Assembly: GCA_030141605.1 (NCBI GenBank)
Contig: JAQGDQ010002369.1
Location: 434,001-498,000 of the forward strand
DNA: 64,000 nucleotides
Reading direction: 5' to 3'
Origin: Tubiluchus corallicola
Taxonomy: Eukaryota > Animalia > Priapulida
The position numbers and the translations under genes were made by a program. The notes beneath the pieces were generated by a model. The model saw only the letters and a list, made by a program, of their open reading frames with translations. It ran no database searches and was not told the DNA's origin. Shown here one piece after another: positions 39,629-51,829 of this stretch (position 1 is the stretch's first letter; every line of letters starts with the position of its first letter).

Positions 39629-40565
39629 ATGATCCAACCTATTTCATCAAGCATTCAAAGTGCTAGCGGGATCGCTCCCGAACAATCAGAGAAGGCAAAG
39701 CCTTCTATGATGAACAGATTGATGGCGGCTACTCATCTTGATAATACATTTGGAGAAGCTGTTGTGACTGTTGCTGGTGCTGCATTGGCTAGTTTTGCTG
39801 TTTATTATGGCGGACAGGCCGTCATTTCGGCACTACAAAAACTGGAATCCTCAGGATCTTCCTCCTGTAACTCCAGAAACTGATCCTATTACACCAGAGG
39901 CTCCTACTGATCAGACGGCGCAGCAAGAGACTGTCAACAATCCAGCTGAAACTGAAACTCCAACAGTTCAACAAGCTGTTACACATAAGGCGGCACCAAA
40001 AGAAATTCCTACTCTAATGGCTGGTACACAAGAAGCAAAAGATGCTATTAACGGCACTGCTGTTGCTTATCTAGATTCTACTTCTGATACGTCAAAGACG
40101 TACATTGTTTTCGAAGAAGGTGAAGCTGGAGCAACTCGACCTCTTCAAGAATGGGCAGCACTAGGTAACACGAATCATACTTGTCCTGCAGGCTTGACTC
40201 CAAAAGTTCGTATTGTACAGCCAGTGAAAGTTGATTATTCTTCTTGGGAAAGCCCAGTGAATGGAACGAATACTTCTGCTACTCCGGCTACTCCTAAAGT
40301 TGAAGTTCCTTCCATGCCTGAAAAGGGTGCTGGCGATACAATTCCAACCCCAGTCGTATCAACTCAACCTCCTGAAGTAAAACCTGCACAGGGTACTGAG
40401 AAACCAAATCCAACCCAAACTGGACCAACTCCAAGACCCGAGCCTAAAAGTGATCAGGTCTCTAATCAGATAAGTTGGCCTGTAGCAATTGCTGAAAGCG
40501 TGGTGATCGTTGTAGCTGTTCCCTTAGGTATTTTTTACGTTGCAGGTGGTGCGCTATTCGAATAA
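39629..40565 (+). CDS. P/T-rich membrane-anchored effector-like protein; apparent frameshift ~39855
   Basis: ORF 39629-39883 (MIQPISSS..., hydrophobic segment) plus ORF to 40565 (P/T-rich, C-terminal TM). Confidence 0.65.
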
Positions 40566-40619
40566 CCACTTGACATTTCGTCAGTAAATTCTGATGTTGG
40601 GGGATCAAAGGAGATTGTA

Positions 40620-41090
40620 ATGCCTGAGATCCCCCCGATTCGTCCCAGCCAAGTTCTTCACCAGTCTCAAGGGGAACCTCCCCGATCGACCAACAAACAG
40701 TTTTGCACCCGAATGGCCTTTAGCCTCAAGAGCATTCAAACAGACTTCCAGACTCTGGCAACCCACGATGTTACGCAAAAATACCTTCAGGGATTTGCAA
40801 AGAATGTGCAGCAGGTCGAGAAAGACTACCGGATGGCCGAGCACAATCCTCAATATAAGGCATCCTATCAGGGCATTTATGGTCCTTTTCAAAATGACGT
40901 TCTTAATAATCCCCAGCTCTCCAATCAGAGTATTTCTCTCAAGGATGCAGCGGATGAGTTTTCTAAGAATCCAAAACCTCTCCACGAGTTCATGGCGCAG
41001 CTCAAGAAAGATCCGTCCCAAATCTCTTATGTATATAATACCACGGAAACAGCCCGATTGGGATTCCTCAGCCTTAAAGATGTGCAGTAG
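40620..41090 (+). CDS. Hypothetical protein, effector-like N-terminus
   Basis: AAGGAG RBS; MPEIPPIRPSQ... Confidence 0.7.
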   Translation: MPEIPPIRPSQVLHQSQGEPPRSTNKQFCTRMAFSLKSIQTDFQTLATHDVTQKYLQGFAKNVQQVEKDYRMAEHNPQYKASYQGIYGPFQNDVLNNPQLSNQSISLKDAADEFSKNPKPLHEFMAQLKKDPSQISYVYNTTETARLGFLSLKDVQ

Positions 41091-41097
41091 TATAGGG

Positions 41098-41823
41098 TTA
41101 GTGGACAGGCTCTTCTTCTTCAGAAGGAGCTGTTGGCTTTTCTAGAAAGCTTCCTGATCCGCCGAATGGGAATGGCATAACATCCGGAATCCACATCTGC
41201 GGCTGTAGGGACCTCAAGATTTTAATTCCCAGTTTTTGAAAGGTCGACCGTAGAATGGTATTGAAAATCGCCTTCTCGATCTCCTCGATAGGGAAACCGG
41301 TCTTGTCGCTGAGGTTGTAAAATTCAAGCTTGGGAAGAGTTGGATATCGGGTTACACTTCCATCGGCCTTGGTGAGCTGTACGGTGAGATTTAGAAGGGT
41401 GAGCCTTTTGATGAGCCAACCTCTGTCTGATTTCTTCTTGTCCTTTTTCCCGGATCCCATGATCACCGCCCAGTTGTCCTCAGAGCCCGAGGAGTTGTAG
41501 TATTCAAGTCCAAGGAAGATATTTTGAGCTGTGATGGATTCGATTGTAAGCGGATCTCCCCTGAATTCTTGCCAGGTTGTATCAATGGCAATGTTATCCG
41601 ATTGAAATGCTGTCTTTGTTTTCGAGAGCTTGGGGTTTCCTACATGGAGTTTTACAATGTTGACATGGTCTTTAGAGACATCCAGAGTTTGGATCGACAC
41701 CGGAACGCCAAGCGTGCGGGAGAGATAGCGAGCTGCAATCCAGGTCTTGTTGCCCCAGGCAACAAAGAGCAGGATCACAATGATCACGATAAGCAGTATT
41801 ATTATTCCGATGATCTTTTTCAT
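41098..41823 (-). CDS. AsmA-like membrane-anchored protein
   Basis: N-terminal TM, LGVPVSI, NP.....AF, LEYYN..G..DNW, GFPIEEI; paralogous to 41941-42648. Confidence 0.75.
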   Translation of the reverse strand: MKKIIGIIILLIVIIVILLFVAWGNKTWIAARYLSRTLGVPVSIQTLDVSKDHVNIVKLHVGNPKLSKTKTAFQSDNIAIDTTWQEFRGDPLTIESITAQNIFLGLEYYNSSGSEDNWAVIMGSGKKDKKKSDRGWLIKRLTLLNLTVQLTKADGSVTRYPTLPKLEFYNLSDKTGFPIEEIEKAIFNTILRSTFQKLGIKILRSLQPQMWIPDVMPFPFGGSGSFLEKPTAPSEEEEPVH

Positions 41824-41940
41824 TATAAATGATTTCCCCTTAATTCTATTTATATCAGAATTTTTAAAAAAGTCTTTCATTTTTTTTGATTTCATTTATA
41901 AAAGGCTCAAAAGGAACTGTTTGTAGAGAAGGGTATTCGT

Positions 41941-42648
41941 GTGAAAAAGCTTTGGTGGATCATTGGGATCATTATCGTCATATTGGTCATTCTATGGTTT
42001 TTGAAAGCGCCTATTATGTCAGGGGTCATCAGTAGAAAGATGAACGTCGATGTCTCTATGTCCTCGATCAGTATGTGGCCAAGCTATATGAAGATCCGCA
42101 GTTTCAAGATCAAAAATCCTCCCCAATCAAAGAGCAGCGATGCTCTGGAATGCAAGAAGATCGATATCCAGTACTCCTTTTCCAGCCTTTTCGGAGATCC
42201 ATCGACGATCGATCTTATAGAACTGGATGATGTGAAACTCGATATCGAGTTCTACAATGCTCTGGGCACCAAGAACAACTGGACTGAAATTGCCTCTAAG
42301 ATTCCCAAGAAGAAGGAGAAGAAAAAAGGAGGGGAAGTCATCATCAAGAAGTTGGTTATCAAGGACTTTGTGGCAGAGGTCCGTACGATGGGACTCATTT
42401 TCAAACCTGAGATCGTCAAGAGAATCGATCGAATGGAATTCAATAATATCAGCAGTAAGACGGGATTCCCGATTGAACAGTTAATCGCGAAGATATTCCG
42501 CTCTGCAGATCTCAATAAATATCTGAAGGATTTTCTCAATCCGAAAAATTTCTGGGAAGAGCTCAAGTCTCCCTATAAGAATCTCCGCATAGAGGATGAT
42601 TTTGCTCCGATGGAGCAGGAAGAAAGCGTCCGATCTCTACAAAGGTGA
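41941..42648 (+). CDS. AsmA-like membrane-anchored protein (divergent paralog)
   Basis: N-terminal TM, IKNP, IEFYNALG..NNW, GFPIEQL. Confidence 0.75.
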   Translation: MKKLWWIIGIIIVILVILWFLKAPIMSGVISRKMNVDVSMSSISMWPSYMKIRSFKIKNPPQSKSSDALECKKIDIQYSFSSLFGDPSTIDLIELDDVKLDIEFYNALGTKNNWTEIASKIPKKKEKKKGGEVIIKKLVIKDFVAEVRTMGLIFKPEIVKRIDRMEFNNISSKTGFPIEQLIAKIFRSADLNKYLKDFLNPKNFWEELKSPYKNLRIEDDFAPMEQEESVRSLQR

Positions 42649-42649
42649 G

Positions 42650-42676
42650 AAGGGCATCCCGGAAAGAGATGCCCTT
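42650..42676. terminator. Hairpin terminator between convergent genes
   Basis: AAGGGCATC...GATGCCCTT. Confidence 0.7.
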
Positions 42677-42686
42677 AAGGCGATGA

Positions 42687-44309
<1,623 letters not shown>

Positions 44310-44338
44310 TTATTTCTCCTTTTTTCTATAAACTTTTG

Positions 44339-44653
44339 TTACTTTTCAATGATCGCAATGATGTCGTCAGCTTTCAGTATTGTGTATTCTTCGTCGTCCA
44401 GTGTGACATCTTGACCAGAATATTTGTCGATGAGGATTTTTTCTCCTTCTTTGACAGGCATAGGAAGAGTCTTACCTTCTTCGGTTTTCTTCCCTTCGCC
44501 AATCGCGATCACTTCCATGACTTCTTGTTTTTGCTTGGCGGTATCGGGAATAATGATGCCTCCTTTTACCGTATCTTCCTGTTCCAGACGTTTTGCCAGA
44601 ACGCGATTTCCAAGGGGCTTCAACATAATTTTCTTTGCTGTGCCTTGTGTCAT
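44339..44653 (-). CDS. groES: Co-chaperonin GroES
   Basis: LKPLGNRVL, GGIIIPDTA; GGAGG RBS before MTQG. Confidence 0.98.
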   Translation of the reverse strand: MTQGTAKKIMLKPLGNRVLAKRLEQEDTVKGGIIIPDTAKQKQEVMEVIAIGEGKKTEEGKTLPMPVKEGEKILIDKYSGQDVTLDDEEYTILKADDIIAIIEK

Positions 44654-44738
44654 AGAGATACCTCCAATCCTTTTTTGAATTTTTTTAAAAAACAATATGT
44701 TCAAATCATATCTTTTTCCTCGATTTTCCGCAAGGGAT

Positions 44739-44765
44739 TTAGCAACGATTACTTGAAACTGCTAA
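44739..44765. promoter_or_regulatory. CIRCE (HrcA operator) upstream of groES
   Basis: TTAGCA-N15-TGCTAA with the 27-bp CIRCE geometry, ~90 bp upstream of groES. Confidence 0.8.
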
Positions 44766-44845
44766 CCCTCTTTTTTGAAAAAAGTATTTCCTATAAAAAG
44801 AGGGAAAATGATAAGAGACTACGTCTAATTTTTTGGAGAAAATAA

Positions 44846-46732
44846 ATGAATATATTTAAGGCTCTATTTCCTATATTGGTACTTTCATATAGTACAACTG
44901 TTGAGGCAGATATGACCCGTAACCGTGAAGAGATTTCAGAAGAATTCCAGTGGAGTGTGCAAGACTTGTATCCAGATTTGAGCGTCTGGGAAGAGGATTT
45001 GGAACGGATAAAAGAACATAAAAAAGCTCCCTTTTGGCCTGAGATGGGATCCTTTAAAGGAAGACTTTCCGAGGGTGCAGATGTCCTTAGCAATTTTTTA
45101 AATTATTATTTTAGTATCGACCGGTCTCTCTCAAAACTCTATACGTACGCCCATCTTCGTTACGACGAAAATTTAACTGAAAATGATCCGAAAAGGGCCT
45201 ATGGCCTGATCCAGGCGATTTATAGCGCTTTCCAAATGGAAGCTTCATGGGTGGAACCTGAAATTCTTCAGCTTCCTGATTCAGTCTTCCAGGAATACAT
45301 CAACAATCCTCTTTTGCAGGAGTATTCTGTTTATTTGAATAAAGTGCATCGAATGAAGCCTCACACTCTTTCCTCAAGAGAGGAAGAATTGATGGCCATG
45401 TCTTCTCAAGCCTTGCATGCATCTGCCCGATCATTCAGTGCTTTCGATAATGCAGACCTTAGTTTCCCAAAAATCAAAGATGCCCAGGGAAAGGAGCACG
45501 ATCTTACGAGTTCTCTTTACATGAAATATATCCGGGAAGATGACAGAAAGCTCAGAAAAGAAGCTTTTGAAGGACTGCATTACGGATACGCCCATTTTGA
45601 AAATACCTTATGTGAAATGATTCAGGGGCAAGTGCAGACTCATATTTTTGATGCAAAAGCACGTCGTTATGACAGCGCCCTTCAGGCCTCCTTGTTTCCC
45701 CATCAAGTCGATCCTGGGGTCTACACTCATTTGATCGAAGCTGTTCATGAAAAACTCGATACCCTTCATCGTTATCTTGCCTGGAGAAAACAGCAACTCG
45801 GGTATGACGAACTGCATCCCTATGATCTTTATGTTCCTGTCATAACCAATGACAGTTTTAAAATGGATTATGAGCAGGCGAGAAAGTATGTTGTGGAATC
45901 TGTTGCTCTTTTAGGAAAGGAATATCAAGCTTCTTTGAAGGAAGGTCTCTACGATAATCAATGGGTGGACGTGTATGAGAACCGCGGCAAAAGATCAGGC
46001 GCATATTCAAGCGGCTGTTACGACAGTTATCCTTATATATTGATGAATTATCAGGGGAATTTGAACGACGCCCTAACGCTTGCCCATGAAGCGGGACACA
46101 GTATGCATTCTTTCCTTTCCCGCAATCATCAGACCTATCAGTATTCCCAATACCCGATCTTTGTCGCTGAAGTTGCATCAACATTCAATGAACAAATGCT
46201 TCTTCATTTGTTGAAGCAGAAGGCAAAAACTGAAGAAGAAAAAGCACTCCTTCTTCTCTATCAAATTGAAGGAATCAGAACGACCCTGTTCCGACAAACT
46301 CTCTTTGCTGAGTTCGAATTAAAGATTCATCAACTTGTTGAATCGGGTATTCCATTGACTCCTGCTCTTTTGAAAGAAGAATACTATAAGCTCAATGATC
46401 TCTATTATGGAAAAGAAGTGGTGTTAGACGGGGGAATTGAATCAGAGTGGTCCCGTATCCCTCATTTTTACTACAATTTTTATGTCTACCAATATGCGAC
46501 AGGAATTAGCAGCGCTATCTTCCTTTTCCAACAAATACTGAGGGATCCTGAAACACAAAAACCTTATTTGAATTTCTTAAAATCAGGTGGAAGTAAGTAC
46601 CCCTTAGATCTTCTCGAAAATTGCGGAGTCGATCTTAAAACTGGAAATGCTGTACGTGCTGCTCTAGATCAATTTGAAAGCTGGATTGATGAGTTAGAAA
46701 AAATTTCAAGAAAAACGTTTGCAGAAAAATAG
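44846..46732 (+). CDS. pepF: Oligoendopeptidase F (M3B) with signal-like N-terminus
   Basis: KRSGAYS, PYILMNY, HEAGHSMH, AEVASTFNE, RIPHFYYNFYVYQYA. Confidence 0.95.
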   Translation: MNIFKALFPILVLSYSTTVEADMTRNREEISEEFQWSVQDLYPDLSVWEEDLERIKEHKKAPFWPEMGSFKGRLSEGADVLSNFLNYYFSIDRSLSKLYTYAHLRYDENLTENDPKRAYGLIQAIYSAFQMEASWVEPEILQLPDSVFQEYINNPLLQEYSVYLNKVHRMKPHTLSSREEELMAMSSQALHASARSFSAFDNADLSFPKIKDAQGKEHDLTSSLYMKYIREDDRKLRKEAFEGLHYGYAHFENTLCEMIQGQVQTHIFDAKARRYDSALQASLFPHQVDPGVYTHLIEAVHEKLDTLHRYLAWRKQQLGYDELHPYDLYVPVITNDSFKMDYEQARKYVVESVALLGKEYQASLKEGLYDNQWVDVYENRGKRSGAYSSGCYDSYPYILMNYQGNLNDALTLAHEAGHSMHSFLSRNHQTYQYSQYPIFVAEVASTFNEQMLLHLLKQKAKTEEEKALLLLYQIEGIRTTLFRQTLFAEFELKIHQLVESGIPLTPALLKEEYYKLNDLYYGKEVVLDGGIESEWSRIPHFYYNFYVYQYATGISSAIFLFQQILRDPETQKPYLNFLKSGGSKYPLDLLENCGVDLKTGNAVRAALDQFESWIDELEKISRKTFAEK

Positions 46733-46778
46733 AGAATCACAGTATTTATAGCTCCAGGGAAGTTACCTCGATAATGGA

Positions 46779-47102
46779 ATGGCGCAGAAAACTAGTACAC
46801 GAAAAACTATGAGAAAAGATGCCGAGATCGCTGTTGTGCGAGACTCTTTCATCGTTAAAAATGAAAAGGGCTTGCACACACGGCCTTCAACTGAGTTGGT
46901 GAAATGTGCTGCATCTTTCAATAGCAGGGTTAATCTATTTTATCGGGAGTACATCGTCAATGCGAAATCCCTTTTGGGGATATTGATGCTGGCTGCCAAT
47001 AAGGGGTCCCGGATCACTGTGGAAGCAGAAGGAACAGATGCCGAGCAGGCGGTCGACTCGATTCTCGAGCTGGCCCGGAATAAATTCCATATCAAATATT
47101 AA
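46779..47102 (+). CDS. ptsH: Phosphocarrier HPr
   Basis: GLHTRP (His15), NAKSLLGILML (Ser46). Confidence 0.95.
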   Translation: MAQKTSTRKTMRKDAEIAVVRDSFIVKNEKGLHTRPSTELVKCAASFNSRVNLFYREYIVNAKSLLGILMLAANKGSRITVEAEGTDAEQAVDSILELARNKFHIKY

Positions 47103-47112
47103 ATCGGAAAGA

Positions 47113-47805
47113 TTAAGATAATTCTTCTTTCATTTCGACATGACCGTCGAAATATCCAATAAGGACTCTTCCTGCAATCCCAAAGAAGTAACCGGTATCG
47201 ACAACGCCAGGAACGTGGATGATTGAATCGTGATCTTGTTCGGGAAACTCGGGAGGCCGGTCATAGGCGATGTCGTAGATGAGATTCCCATTGTCGGTAA
47301 TGAAAAAATTTCCGTCGTTTTTGATTCTCCACTTTCCATGAAAACCCAAGCGTTCGATTTTCATTTTTGTTGCTGGAGAGCCGAAGAAGAGAACTTCAAC
47401 AGGAAGGGGCATATGAGTAGCCAACTTTGGGACAAGTTTCGACTCATCGATGATAACGATCATTTCATCACTTGAAGTAGCGAGGATTTTTTCCCGTACA
47501 TGGGCTCCTCCTCCTCCTTTGATCATCCGTTTTTCAGGATCGATTTCATCCGCTCCGTCGAAGGTAACATCTACATGGGATACTTCATTGATATCATAGA
47601 CGCGGATGTCTCCCTTTTTAGCTTGTTCATGAGAGTTCTTCGAGCTGGAAACGCATTCGATTTTCAAACCATTGCGGACTCTTTTTACAAGAGCATCAAT
47701 GAAAAAACTCGCGGTTGTCCCAGATCCGAGACCGACAATCATTCCATCATGGACAAGATCTGCGGCTGCCTGTCCAACAGCTTCTTTGGCAATACGGGTA
47801 GACAT
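47113..47805 (-). CDS. rpiA: Ribose-5-phosphate isomerase A
   Basis: GLGSGTT, DGADE, IKGGGGA, TDNGN, PGVV. Confidence 0.97.
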   Translation of the reverse strand: MSTRIAKEAVGQAAADLVHDGMIVGLGSGTTASFFIDALVKRVRNGLKIECVSSSKNSHEQAKKGDIRVYDINEVSHVDVTFDGADEIDPEKRMIKGGGGAHVREKILATSSDEMIVIIDESKLVPKLATHMPLPVEVLFFGSPATKMKIERLGFHGKWRIKNDGNFFITDNGNLIYDIAYDRPPEFPEQDHDSIIHVPGVVDTGYFFGIAGRVLIGYFDGHVEMKEELS

Positions 47806-47963
47806 ATTCTACTACTTTTTCCTACGAAGCGATTTCCAAAGTAGGGTTCTATTCCGAGTATCAAAATTTAAGCAATACAAGACAATGAAAAACTTTGCAT
47901 GTAAGTTTTAACTTTGCTAAGTTCATGAATGGCGTAGCCTAAAATAAGTCGGAGGTTTTTTCC

Positions 47964-48308
47964 ATGAGCATGCCTGAAGAAAATCTTGCCAAAGAGAGCG
48001 AAAAGACTAAAAAAGCTCGTGAAAAGCTCATTAAGAAATTCCAGGGTTACGATGCAAAAATTACACCTGAAGCTTTGAAAAAAAAGACAACGGAAATTCA
48101 TCGATGGATCGCCCGTCATGCACATCATCGTGTTGCACTGAAAAACAAAAACATCTCTCTTTTCGACGAAAACCAAAATGCTGCAAAACTCAGTACCCGC
48201 GTCGCTTCTTTAGCCGACAAAATCAAGGAAGACTTCTTTGTAGTGCCCGAGCCAGAACTGGAGCCTGCTGAATTGATCGAAGAAGAAGCAGAGGAATCAA
48301 AAGTTTAA
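47964..48308 (+). CDS. Hypothetical protein
   Basis: GGAGG RBS; 114-aa charged ORF. Confidence 0.7.
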   Translation: MSMPEENLAKESEKTKKAREKLIKKFQGYDAKITPEALKKKTTEIHRWIARHAHHRVALKNKNISLFDENQNAAKLSTRVASLADKIKEDFFVVPEPELEPAELIEEEAEESKV

Positions 48309-48408
48309 TTTAAATACGCTTCCAAATTCTCACTGTTGCTCATAAAAGATCTGATCCGCTACCCTAGTTGAGATTTCCATGCCAGGAAACAAATTATGAG
48401 AATTGCGG

Positions 48409-49695
48409 ATGGATAATATCATTGACTGTCTCTTTCAAAGGGGTTTTATCGACCAGATCAGTAATGAAGAAGAATTAAAGAAACATGCCGAAAATCCTAT
48501 TCGGGTCTATGTAGGGTTCGATCCTACGTCAGACAGTCTCCATTTGGGAAACCTCATGGGGATCGTAGCCCTTTCCTGGTTTCAAAAATTTGGTCATACT
48601 CCTTTCATCATTTTAGGAGGCGCGACCGGTAGGATCGGGGATCCTTCTGGAAAAAGCGTAGAGCGTCCTTTTTTGTCCGATGAAGAGATCGAAGCGAATA
48701 TCTCGAAAATAGGCCTTCTCTTTGAAAAAATCCTCGATTTCTCAGGCAAACTGCCCAAGCCTGTTATCCTAAACAATAATGAATGGCTGAAAGACTATTC
48801 CTTCATCGACTTTCTCAGAAATGTAGGAAAGCAGTTCCGGGTGGGACCTATGCTAGCCAAGGAAAGTGTAAAGTTGAGAATGGACTCCCAGGAAGGAATC
48901 AGTTTCACCGAGTTTAGTTATCAAATCCTGCAGGCTTTCGATTTTTCCTACCTGTTTAAAAATAGGGGAGTGAGCTTGCAGATGGGCGGAAGCGACCAAT
49001 GGGGAAACATTACAGCTGGCATTGAGCTGACCCGTAAGATGGAGCAAAAGCCAGTTTATGGAATGACTTTTCCTTTGCTGACGAGAAGCGATGGGAAAAA
49101 ATTCGGTAAATCGGAAGAAGGAGCCATCTGGCTTTCTGAAGAAAAGCTTTCTCCCTATCAGTTCTATCAATACTGCATCAGTATTCCTGATGAAGATGTT
49201 ATCCGTCTTATGAAACTTTTATCTTTTATGGATCTTGAGGAAATTGAAAAGTTTGAAAAAGGAATGTCCCGAGAAGGGTATGTTCCCAATTCTGCTCAAA
49301 GAAAGCTGGCGGAAGAGCTCACTCTTCTTGTCCATGGTGCCGACGGCCTTGATAAAGCCGTAAAGGTTACTCAGGGTGCAGCTCCCGGAGCAAAAACTGC
49401 CTTGAATTCCGAGGTATTGAAAGAGATCGCAAAAGATATGCCTTCAGGGTCTCTTCCTTCTTCTGATGTAATCGGTCAGAAAATCGTTGATCTTCTTTGC
49501 CGCTTGAATTTAACCACAAGCAAATCAGAAGCTGTGCGTTTGATCAAGAATGGCGGAGCCTATCTAAATAATGAAAGAGTGGACGACATTGCCTTCCGAT
49601 TGGAAGAGAATCATTTGATCGATAGTATCTTTCTTCTTTTTGGAGTCGGTAAAAAGAAGAAATTTCTCCTCGAAGTCGATTCATCCGAAAAATAA
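48409..49695 (+). CDS. tyrS: Tyrosyl-tRNA synthetase
   Basis: GFDPTSDSLHLGN, GGSDQWGNI, KFGKS, C-terminal S4 domain. Confidence 0.98.
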   Translation: MDNIIDCLFQRGFIDQISNEEELKKHAENPIRVYVGFDPTSDSLHLGNLMGIVALSWFQKFGHTPFIILGGATGRIGDPSGKSVERPFLSDEEIEANISKIGLLFEKILDFSGKLPKPVILNNNEWLKDYSFIDFLRNVGKQFRVGPMLAKESVKLRMDSQEGISFTEFSYQILQAFDFSYLFKNRGVSLQMGGSDQWGNITAGIELTRKMEQKPVYGMTFPLLTRSDGKKFGKSEEGAIWLSEEKLSPYQFYQYCISIPDEDVIRLMKLLSFMDLEEIEKFEKGMSREGYVPNSAQRKLAEELTLLVHGADGLDKAVKVTQGAAPGAKTALNSEVLKEIAKDMPSGSLPSSDVIGQKIVDLLCRLNLTTSKSEAVRLIKNGGAYLNNERVDDIAFRLEENHLIDSIFLLFGVGKKKKFLLEVDSSEK

Positions 49696-49919
49696 ATCTC
49701 TTAGATTTAGAAGATTAGAACTATCTTTGATTTTGATTTCAAAATCTGTTTCTGAGTGGTGTATCAGCCTGTTTTTGCATATTTCATTCATACCTGCATT
49801 CCTTTTCTCCCATAAAAAATATAGACTATTTTTTAATGACAAAAAAACAATCAACTTGTATGAAAATCAATAAGATATGAGAATGAGCATTAGGCTTGTA
49901 TAACAAGGAGTCGAGTCGC

Positions 49920-50222
49920 ATGGCTACCGTAACAAAGAAAAAACTGATTCAACAGATTTCGCAATCGAGAGGACTTCATCCCAATGAGGTGCGAAATGTC
50001 ATTCAAGCTTTTCTCGATGCTATGACTGACTCTCTTGCACGTGGAGACCGATTGGAATTCCGGGATTTTGGAGTGTTTGAAGTTGTTGAAAGAAAACAGA
50101 AAATCGGTAGAAATCCGAAAAATGCAGCCGTCCCTATTGTGATTCCTGCACGACGCGCTGTGAAGTTCACTCCTGGCAAGAAGATGAAAAAGGACATCGA
50201 AAGTCAACCTGTTTCACAATGA
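49920..50222 (+). CDS. ihfA: Integration host factor / HU family protein
   Basis: RLEFRDFGVF, GRNPK, VKFTPGK; AAGGAG RBS. Confidence 0.92.
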   Translation: MATVTKKKLIQQISQSRGLHPNEVRNVIQAFLDAMTDSLARGDRLEFRDFGVFEVVERKQKIGRNPKNAAVPIVIPARRAVKFTPGKKMKKDIESQPVSQ

Positions 50223-51643
50223 CGCACTTTTCGACCCTTTCATCGGTCTATATTGAGCGATGGAAAAAAGAAAAATATCAGCCTTCTTCTCCTAATGTCT
50301 GGACGCAAGCAATCCATTCTTTCCTTGATGAAAAACGTCTGCAAAAATCTCTTCTTGAAAGATGTCTTTCCGAGCGCCACTGTTTTCAAAATCCCTGGGA
50401 TCATTATCTTTACCTTAGAGATCTTCTTACGATCATCTTGATGGTCCACCCTCATGAAGAGACATATAGAGAACCCCTTCTTTTTGCTTATAAAAGAGGA
50501 GTGGAGACCACTTACTCATCCCACTTTCAACCTACAGAAGCTGTACGGACTTTGATCCATCATTTTTTACATCTTAAAATGGACTCTTCCAAGCCGGTTT
50601 TATTCCCATCTGGTGGAGCTATTCCTGATGCAAAAGGATTTCACTCTTCCTTTCGTATTCCCTGTCCCCGGATCAATGCCGAGATGGCAGCTCTTTGGGC
50701 AATGATCGGATTCATTAAAGAGGATGCAGCCTATCTGGAGGCAAGCATCAAATTGTGTCAGTGGCATGACAAATTATTGAGCAGGGACAGACTTCCTATT
50801 TTGGAAGTATGGGAATCGGACACATATTCTTCAGATGATACTCTTGCCTCCTATGCATTAATGTATCAATCGATGCGCCAGCTTTTTCACAAAGACAAGT
50901 GGGCTGAAACAGAGAGACAAATTTTCTCCACGCATGAATTTAACGAAATCGACCCGTTCAGTTTTATACTCTCTTATTGGATGCAGTTTCAAAAGAAAGA
51001 AGAATCTTTGTCTATTCCTCTGACGGAAAATATTTCAAATATAGACCCGTTTACCGGCATAGTCTCTTACCAAGGAAAATCCCTTGAGGGTCTCTTTACG
51101 ATGAGCGGCATGCACACGTCTCTTGGAGTTATAAAAAAAGGAGACATTAAGATTGTCTCCATGGGACCGCAAAGTTTTCCTCTGAGTGAAACAAAAGGGT
51201 TTGGGATTTACAACCCCTGTAAAAAAGGACCCTTTTCCATCTCGATGCAATCAGAAGAGATGGGATGTCATATAAAGGGGTGGGTTCGTCTTTCTTCCGA
51301 TCCTACATGGTTAAAATGCAGCGCTACGATGGAAAAGGAAAAGTGCCTTTTAGAAATGCAAATCGATCCTTCGGGTAGGAAAACTGCCTTTGCTTTCTAT
51401 GTGAAAGCAGAATCCTGCATGATCGGCGATCGTATTTTTAGACCTGGCAGCCTGGAACATTATACGGGAATGGCCAAGCCGATTTCTTTTCAAAACGAAG
51501 TTTCTCAAATACGAATGCTCTCTAGCTTCTTTCAAAATATGCATTTGATACCGCTATCGGGAAAAGACTCCTTTTGGGGAGCCGATTTTCTCGTCGCTTA
51601 TGAGGCGTTTCCAGTGGAACCCTATTCGATAGAAATCCGGTAA
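50219..51643 (+). CDS. Conserved chlamydial hypothetical protein
   Basis: Coupled to ihfA (ATGA); occupies the position of the hypothetical gene between ihfA and accA in chlamydiae. Confidence 0.8.
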   Translation: MTHFSTLSSVYIERWKKEKYQPSSPNVWTQAIHSFLDEKRLQKSLLERCLSERHCFQNPWDHYLYLRDLLTIILMVHPHEETYREPLLFAYKRGVETTYSSHFQPTEAVRTLIHHFLHLKMDSSKPVLFPSGGAIPDAKGFHSSFRIPCPRINAEMAALWAMIGFIKEDAAYLEASIKLCQWHDKLLSRDRLPILEVWESDTYSSDDTLASYALMYQSMRQLFHKDKWAETERQIFSTHEFNEIDPFSFILSYWMQFQKKEESLSIPLTENISNIDPFTGIVSYQGKSLEGLFTMSGMHTSLGVIKKGDIKIVSMGPQSFPLSETKGFGIYNPCKKGPFSISMQSEEMGCHIKGWVRLSSDPTWLKCSATMEKEKCLLEMQIDPSGRKTAFAFYVKAESCMIGDRIFRPGSLEHYTGMAKPISFQNEVSQIRMLSSFFQNMHLIPLSGKDSFWGADFLVAYEAFPVEPYSIEIR

Positions 51644-51829
51644 ATAAAATTTAAATATATCGAGTTTCTTAAGGCTGGTATTGAGCGAAACTTATTGGTC
51701 TTGTTGATCTTAGATTCATCGATGCATTCAATTATTTTCTTGCTCTTCGCTTCCTTGCGAAATAACATGATTTGAAGGATAATCCTTCTTCGTTTAAAAA
51801 AGATTTGAACCACAATCAGGGAATTCAGA

